Shown here piece after piece: positions 6,543 through 9,612 of a stretch of 9,612 bases of DNA. The notes beneath the pieces are model-generated. The model did no database searches, had not been told where the DNA came from, and saw only the letters and a program-made list of their open reading frames with translations. A program made the position numbers and the translations under genes. The DNA is from a virus (taxonomy: Duplodnaviria; Heunggongvirae; Uroviricota; Caudoviricetes). The stretch is from the IMG/VR virus record IMGVR_UViG_2636416140_000002; one strand, 5' to 3'. The stretch's first letter is position 1, and every line of letters begins with the position of its first letter.

Positions 6543-6854
6543 GTGAAGCAGTGGCGGGAAAAATCGCGGCAGCTTGCGGAACGGGGAGACCTGACCCCCG
6601 CCGACTGGAGCAATCTGGAACTGTATTGTGTCAACTACTCCATTTACCGGAAAGCCGTCGCAGACCTTGCGGCGCGCGGGTTCAGCATTGTTAACAGTCA
6701 GGGCGGCGAGAGCAGAAACCCCGCATTAAGCGCGAAATCAGACGCTGAAAGGGTGATGATAAAAATGGCCTCCTTGCTCGGTTTTGACCCGATAAGCCGC
6801 CGTAAAAACCCACCGGAAACAGAAGAAGAGGACGAGCTTGACCGCCTGGAATAA
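6543..6854 (+). CDS. terS: Terminase small subunit, P27/HK97-gp1-like family; annotated in-frame part only, N-terminus appears frame-disrupted
   Basis: Conserved-looking core DLTPADWSNLELYCVNYSIYRKAV. The family motif appears to begin upstream of the first in-frame start (GTG 6543) as ...KPDPAYLDDIA in the same frame, which is closed by a stop at 6483-6485. A good SD plus ATG at 6454 is in the +1 frame. Confidence 0.8.
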   Translation: MKQWREKSRQLAERGDLTPADWSNLELYCVNYSIYRKAVADLAARGFSIVNSQGGESRNPALSAKSDAERVMIKMASLLGFDPISRRKNPPETEEEDELDRLE

Positions 6855-8499
6855 GTACGCAGAAGACGTAAAAACGGGCAAAATTCCGGCCTGTAAACGG
6901 CTGAAACAGGCCGTTAAACGGTACTTTTCGGACCTTAAAAGCCCCCTTTACACGTTCGATCGTGAGGTTGTGGAGCGGTTTATTGCCTTTTCCAGGGTGT
7001 GCCCGCACGTAAAAGGACCGATGCGTGGCAGACCCATTGAGCTGGAGCCGTGGCAGCAGTTCGCCTTTGCGTGCATCCTCGGCTTTAAGGTTAAGGCCAC
7101 CGGACGGCGCAAATACACGAGCGCCTTTATCGAAGTGCCGCGCAAAAATGCGAAATCCACGACCGCCGCGATTCTGGCTAACTGGTTTCTGATTATGGAG
7201 AACGGTCAGCAGGATATCTACACCGCAGCGGTGAGCCGTGACCAGGCGCGGATCGTCTTTGATGATGCGCGTCAGATGTGCCTTTTATCCCGACCGTTAC
7301 GCAGGCGGGTGAATATTCAGGCGCATAAGGTGATACACCCGAAAAGCAACAGCCTGTTAAAGCCGCTGGCAGCAAAAGCGGCAACCATCGAGGGAACAAA
7401 CCCAAGCCTTTCCATCGTGGACGAATACCACTTGCACCCCGATAACGGCGTTTATTCCGCGCTTGAGCTGGGGATGGGCGCACGTCCCGAAGGGCTGTTA
7501 TTTGCCATTACCACATCAGGCAGCAACGTCGTTTCAGCCTGTAAACAGCACTATGATTATTGCTGCCAGATCCTGGACGGCGAAGAGGTTAACGATTCAA
7601 TTTTTGTACTGATTTACGAACTGGACGACGAAAACGAGGTTGATGATCCGGCGATGTGGATAAAGGCGAACCCTAATATTGATGTTTCCGTCGATCGTGA
7701 AAAACTGGCCTCAACCATCCAGAAAGCGCGGGGTATTCCGTCGCAGTGGGTGGAGATGATGACAAAGCGATTTAATATCTGGTGCCAGGGGGCTACCCCG
7801 TGGATGGGTAACGGCGCATGGGCTGAGTGTGCCGGAACGTTCACGGAGGAAGATTTACACGGCCAGGAGTGTTACGCGGGGCTGGACTTATCATCAACCA
7901 GCGATATTTCCAGCGTGTGCTATGCCTTTCCGGTCGGTAAAACCATTATGCTGGTTTCCCGTCACTATCTGCCGGAATTTCAGCTACAGAACCCCGCCAA
8001 TAAAAACCGCGCCATCTATCGTCAGTGGGCTAAAGCAGGCTGGATACGCACAACGCCTGGCGACTGCATTGATTACGACCGGATCAGAGATGACATCATG
8101 CAGGACGCGGAGAAATTTAATATCAGGCTGGTGGGCTTTGATACGTGGAACGCCACGCATCTCAGAACGCAATTACAGGGGGCAGGTTTTGAGGTGGAGC
8201 CGTTCCCGCAAACCTACCTCAGATTCAGTCCGGCGGCGAAATCGTTCGAAGTTTTTGTTAACCGCAGGGTGATTGTGCATCGTGGCGATCCGGTGTTGTC
8301 CTGGTCGATGAGTAACGTCGTGATGCAGAGTGACGCGAACGCCAATATCAAGCCGAACAAGAAAAAATCACCGAACAAGATAGACCCGAGCGTGGCGGCG
8401 CTGATGGCGTTTGGTACATTCCAGGCAGAGCATGAGGATTTTGCTTTTGATATAAGCGACAGCCACCGCCAGAAACTGGAAGAATTTAGCGGGGTGTAA
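6838..8499 (+). CDS. terL: Terminase large subunit (ATPase and nuclease)
   Basis: 553 aa. TTG start with GAGGA SD 5 nt upstream, overlapping the terS 3' end. N-terminus AWNKYAEDVKTGKIPACKRLKQAV and ATPase region are typical of large terminases; acidic residues in the C-terminal nuclease part. Confidence 0.93.
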   Translation: MTAWNKYAEDVKTGKIPACKRLKQAVKRYFSDLKSPLYTFDREVVERFIAFSRVCPHVKGPMRGRPIELEPWQQFAFACILGFKVKATGRRKYTSAFIEVPRKNAKSTTAAILANWFLIMENGQQDIYTAAVSRDQARIVFDDARQMCLLSRPLRRRVNIQAHKVIHPKSNSLLKPLAAKAATIEGTNPSLSIVDEYHLHPDNGVYSALELGMGARPEGLLFAITTSGSNVVSACKQHYDYCCQILDGEEVNDSIFVLIYELDDENEVDDPAMWIKANPNIDVSVDREKLASTIQKARGIPSQWVEMMTKRFNIWCQGATPWMGNGAWAECAGTFTEEDLHGQECYAGLDLSSTSDISSVCYAFPVGKTIMLVSRHYLPEFQLQNPANKNRAIYRQWAKAGWIRTTPGDCIDYDRIRDDIMQDAEKFNIRLVGFDTWNATHLRTQLQGAGFEVEPFPQTYLRFSPAAKSFEVFVNRRVIVHRGDPVLSWSMSNVVMQSDANANIKPNKKKSPNKIDPSVAALMAFGTFQAEHEDFAFDISDSHRQKLEEFSGV

Positions 8500-8512
8500 T
8501 GAGGTCAGCAGC

Positions 8513-8794
8513 ATGACAGAAGCCGAAATAACGGGATTAATCCGCCGCGTTGCCGGAATCAGCCAGCAGGCTGACGAACAGGCCACGCAGCCGGACAGCG
8601 TGACAGCCGAAAACTATGCGCGTGTTGTTGCTGAGGTGATGCGCCGTGATGGTATAGAACTTAATGGCGTGGATATGCGCAACATACGAACCAGAGTTCT
8701 TGAGTTGCTGGCCTACCGTCGCCGCGTGGAGATGTATCGGGAGAAGGAGAAAATAACGTACCACTGGAAGAAGCCGGAGCGGTTGCGGCGGTAA
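8513..8794 (+). CDS. Hypothetical protein (93 aa), last gene of the packaging operon
   Basis: Good SD (GAGGT) 7 nt upstream, tight spacing after terL, reasonable codon usage. Charged, likely helical; no family recognised. Confidence 0.6.
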   Translation: MTEAEITGLIRRVAGISQQADEQATQPDSVTAENYARVVAEVMRRDGIELNGVDMRNIRTRVLELLAYRRRVEMYREKEKITYHWKKPERLRR

Positions 8795-9048
8795 CTGGTT
8801 GATATTCCCGACGGCCCAAAAATGGGTTGGCTACACCCCTCACAACTACGACATTTTCGCAGTTTAATTAATGGTCAGCTTAATCGCTAACCCGCTGATA
8901 TTTTCGGAAACCTCAATTTGAGGAAGTCGGCGCGGTAACTCGCTGAACTTTAAGCAAAGCGCAAAATTGCGCTTGCTGAATAATCATTATGATTACGCAG
9001 ATGATTAAGGAATGACCGAAGGCGGAAATTCGCCTGTGGTTAATGGGG

Positions 9049-9068
9049 GAGTTGCAGATCTGCAACTC
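9049..9068. promoter_or_regulatory. Perfect 20-bp palindrome GAGTTGCAGATCTGCAACTC (contains GATC)
   Basis: Reverse complement is identical to the sequence; lies in non-coding DNA downstream of the packaging genes. Confidence 0.6.
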
Positions 9069-9117
9069 GACCATGAAACTACGGAAACTACCCGTAGTTT
9101 GGGTAGTAAGAGTAACA

Positions 9118-9157
9118 CCCAGATTTTGGGGCTTACTCGTGATACCCAAATTTGGGG
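9118..9157. repeat. Two near-identical palindromic units CCCAGATTTTGGGG (9118-9131) and CCCAAATTTGGGG (9145-9157) in direct orientation
   Basis: Read directly; each unit is itself dyad-symmetric (CCCAAATTTGGG is a perfect palindrome). Confidence 0.55.
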
Positions 9158-9301
9158 TATCAGTGGCAACCATAACGACTTTCGTTACGGTTGATGCTTT
9201 TACCCCATTGGGGGAAAGGTATTACGATAATCATAACACCTACCGAACAGGTAAAGCCCACCAGCCTGATTAACGTTTAACCGGAAAAAAATTCCGGTAG
9301 G

Positions 9302-9313
9302 TGGGGATCCCCA
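9302..9313. promoter_or_regulatory. Perfect 12-bp palindrome TGGGGATCCCCA (contains GATC)
   Basis: Read directly; immediately downstream of hairpin CCGGAA-AAAAA-TTCCGG (9281-9297). Confidence 0.5.
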
Positions 9314-9381
9314 TATCGACATTAACGCCCCTCATGAATTGGTGTGCTTCCCCCTGGAAAGATGATCCGCCTGTATATTTC

Positions 9382-9407
9382 TTGTGTCTATTTGTTCCAC
9401 GTTGTTT
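9382..9407 (+). promoter_or_regulatory. Second copy of the 10-bp-phased TTGTKY triplet, including the exact 15-mer TTGTTCCACGTTGTT (9392-9406) shared with 2025-2039
   Basis: Hexamers at 9382 (TTGTGT), 9392 (TTGTTC) and 9402 (TTGTTT). Confidence 0.45.
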
Positions 9408-9424
9408 CATACAGTGCACCGAAC

Positions 9425-9446
9425 GGTGTAGTCACTGGTGTAGTCA
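9425..9446 (+). repeat. Direct repeat GGTGTAGTCA x2 (period 12 bp), preceded by dyad CACCG-AA-CGGTG
   Basis: Copies at 9425-9434 and 9437-9446; candidate arm-type or regulator binding sites. Confidence 0.4.
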
Positions 9447-9492
9447 TTTTGCGATTTTTGGCACTTTTTGCGGTGTTAATTATTTAATTAAA

Positions 9493-9612
9493 TCAATGTG
9501 TTATGCGAAATAAGTTATATATAACAGCAATAAATAATGCGAGAATAAACGGCACGATGATCTCGGCGGCAAAACGGATACCGCAGAGAATAATGACCAG
9601 CATTCCCAACAT
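9493..9612 (-). CDS. 3' end of a minus-strand ORF encoding a hydrophobic (membrane) segment; ATG sits exactly at the window edge, so it is either a complete 39-aa small membrane protein or the C-terminus of a longer flanking gene
   Basis: Reverse-strand translation [39 protein letters not shown], stop at 9493-9495. GC-rich third positions in the first 20 codons suggest real coding. Not in the ORF track because it is under 60 aa within the window. Confidence 0.4.
   Translation of the reverse strand: MLGMLVIILCGIRFAAEIIVPFILALFIAVIYNLFRITH

Noticed and set aside
2558-8172. Minus-strand ORFs of 60-137 aa overlapping the structural genes (2558-2764, 2777-3097, 3159-3341, 3578-3865, 3720-3965, 4011-4199, 4144-4344, 5062-5346, 5094-5333, 5330-5611, 5500-5748, 5642-5956, 5754-6032, 6052-6465, 6691-7008, 6948-7160, 7193-7483, 7614-7844, 7984-8172)
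   Set aside because: Each lies antisense to a strongly supported + strand gene with recognisable family motifs; they lack SDs and show Ser/Arg/Cys-rich, low-complexity translations typical of shadow ORFs.
3808-8272. Plus-strand alternative-frame ORFs 3808-4014, 5318-5542, 6068-6472 (N-terminal part) and 7829-8272
   Set aside because: Embedded out of frame within the protease, adaptor, HNH and terL genes; Arg/Pro/Gly-rich translations with no start context. Only the 3' portion 6299-6472 was kept, as a low-confidence feature.
9281-9297. Hairpin CCGGAA-AAAAA-TTCCGG as a rho-independent terminator
   Set aside because: No U-tract follows the stem on either strand; the A/T run is in the loop. More likely a protein-binding dyad or structural element.
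8795-9500. tRNA or tmRNA gene at the element end as integration target
   Set aside because: Scanned by eye for a T-loop (GGTTCGAATCC-like) and CCA-adjacent acceptor stem; none found. Cannot exclude a divergent tRNA fragment without a covariance-model search.
9012-9513. ORFs 9012-9194, 9043-9273 and 9301-9513 in the right-end region
   Set aside because: No SD, mutually overlapping frames, and the DNA is packed with palindromes and direct repeats; treated as non-coding regulatory or structural DNA.

Overview
All confident genes lie on the + strand and form a tail-less HK97-type head and DNA-packaging module in non-canonical order: major capsid, prohead protease, portal, head-tail adaptor, gp6-like connector, HNH endonuclease, small terminase, large terminase. 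Upstream are an SSB, a possible PerC-like regulator, and an iteron-rich origin-like region embedded in a perfect 533-bp direct duplication carrying two small unknown coupled ORFs. Downstream of the terminase genes is a roughly 700-bp palindrome-dense non-coding region, then the 3' end of a minus-strand hydrophobic ORF at the window edge. No tail, lysis or integrase genes are present in the window. My reading is that this is the replication-proximal and packaging part of a capsid-forming phage satellite (cf-PICI-like) in an enterobacterial chromosome (about 50% GC, several Chi octamers), not a complete prophage. All calls are from reading the sequence and ORF translations by eye; no database search was run. 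Start codons are uncertain for several genes because the ORF track includes GTG/TTG starts.
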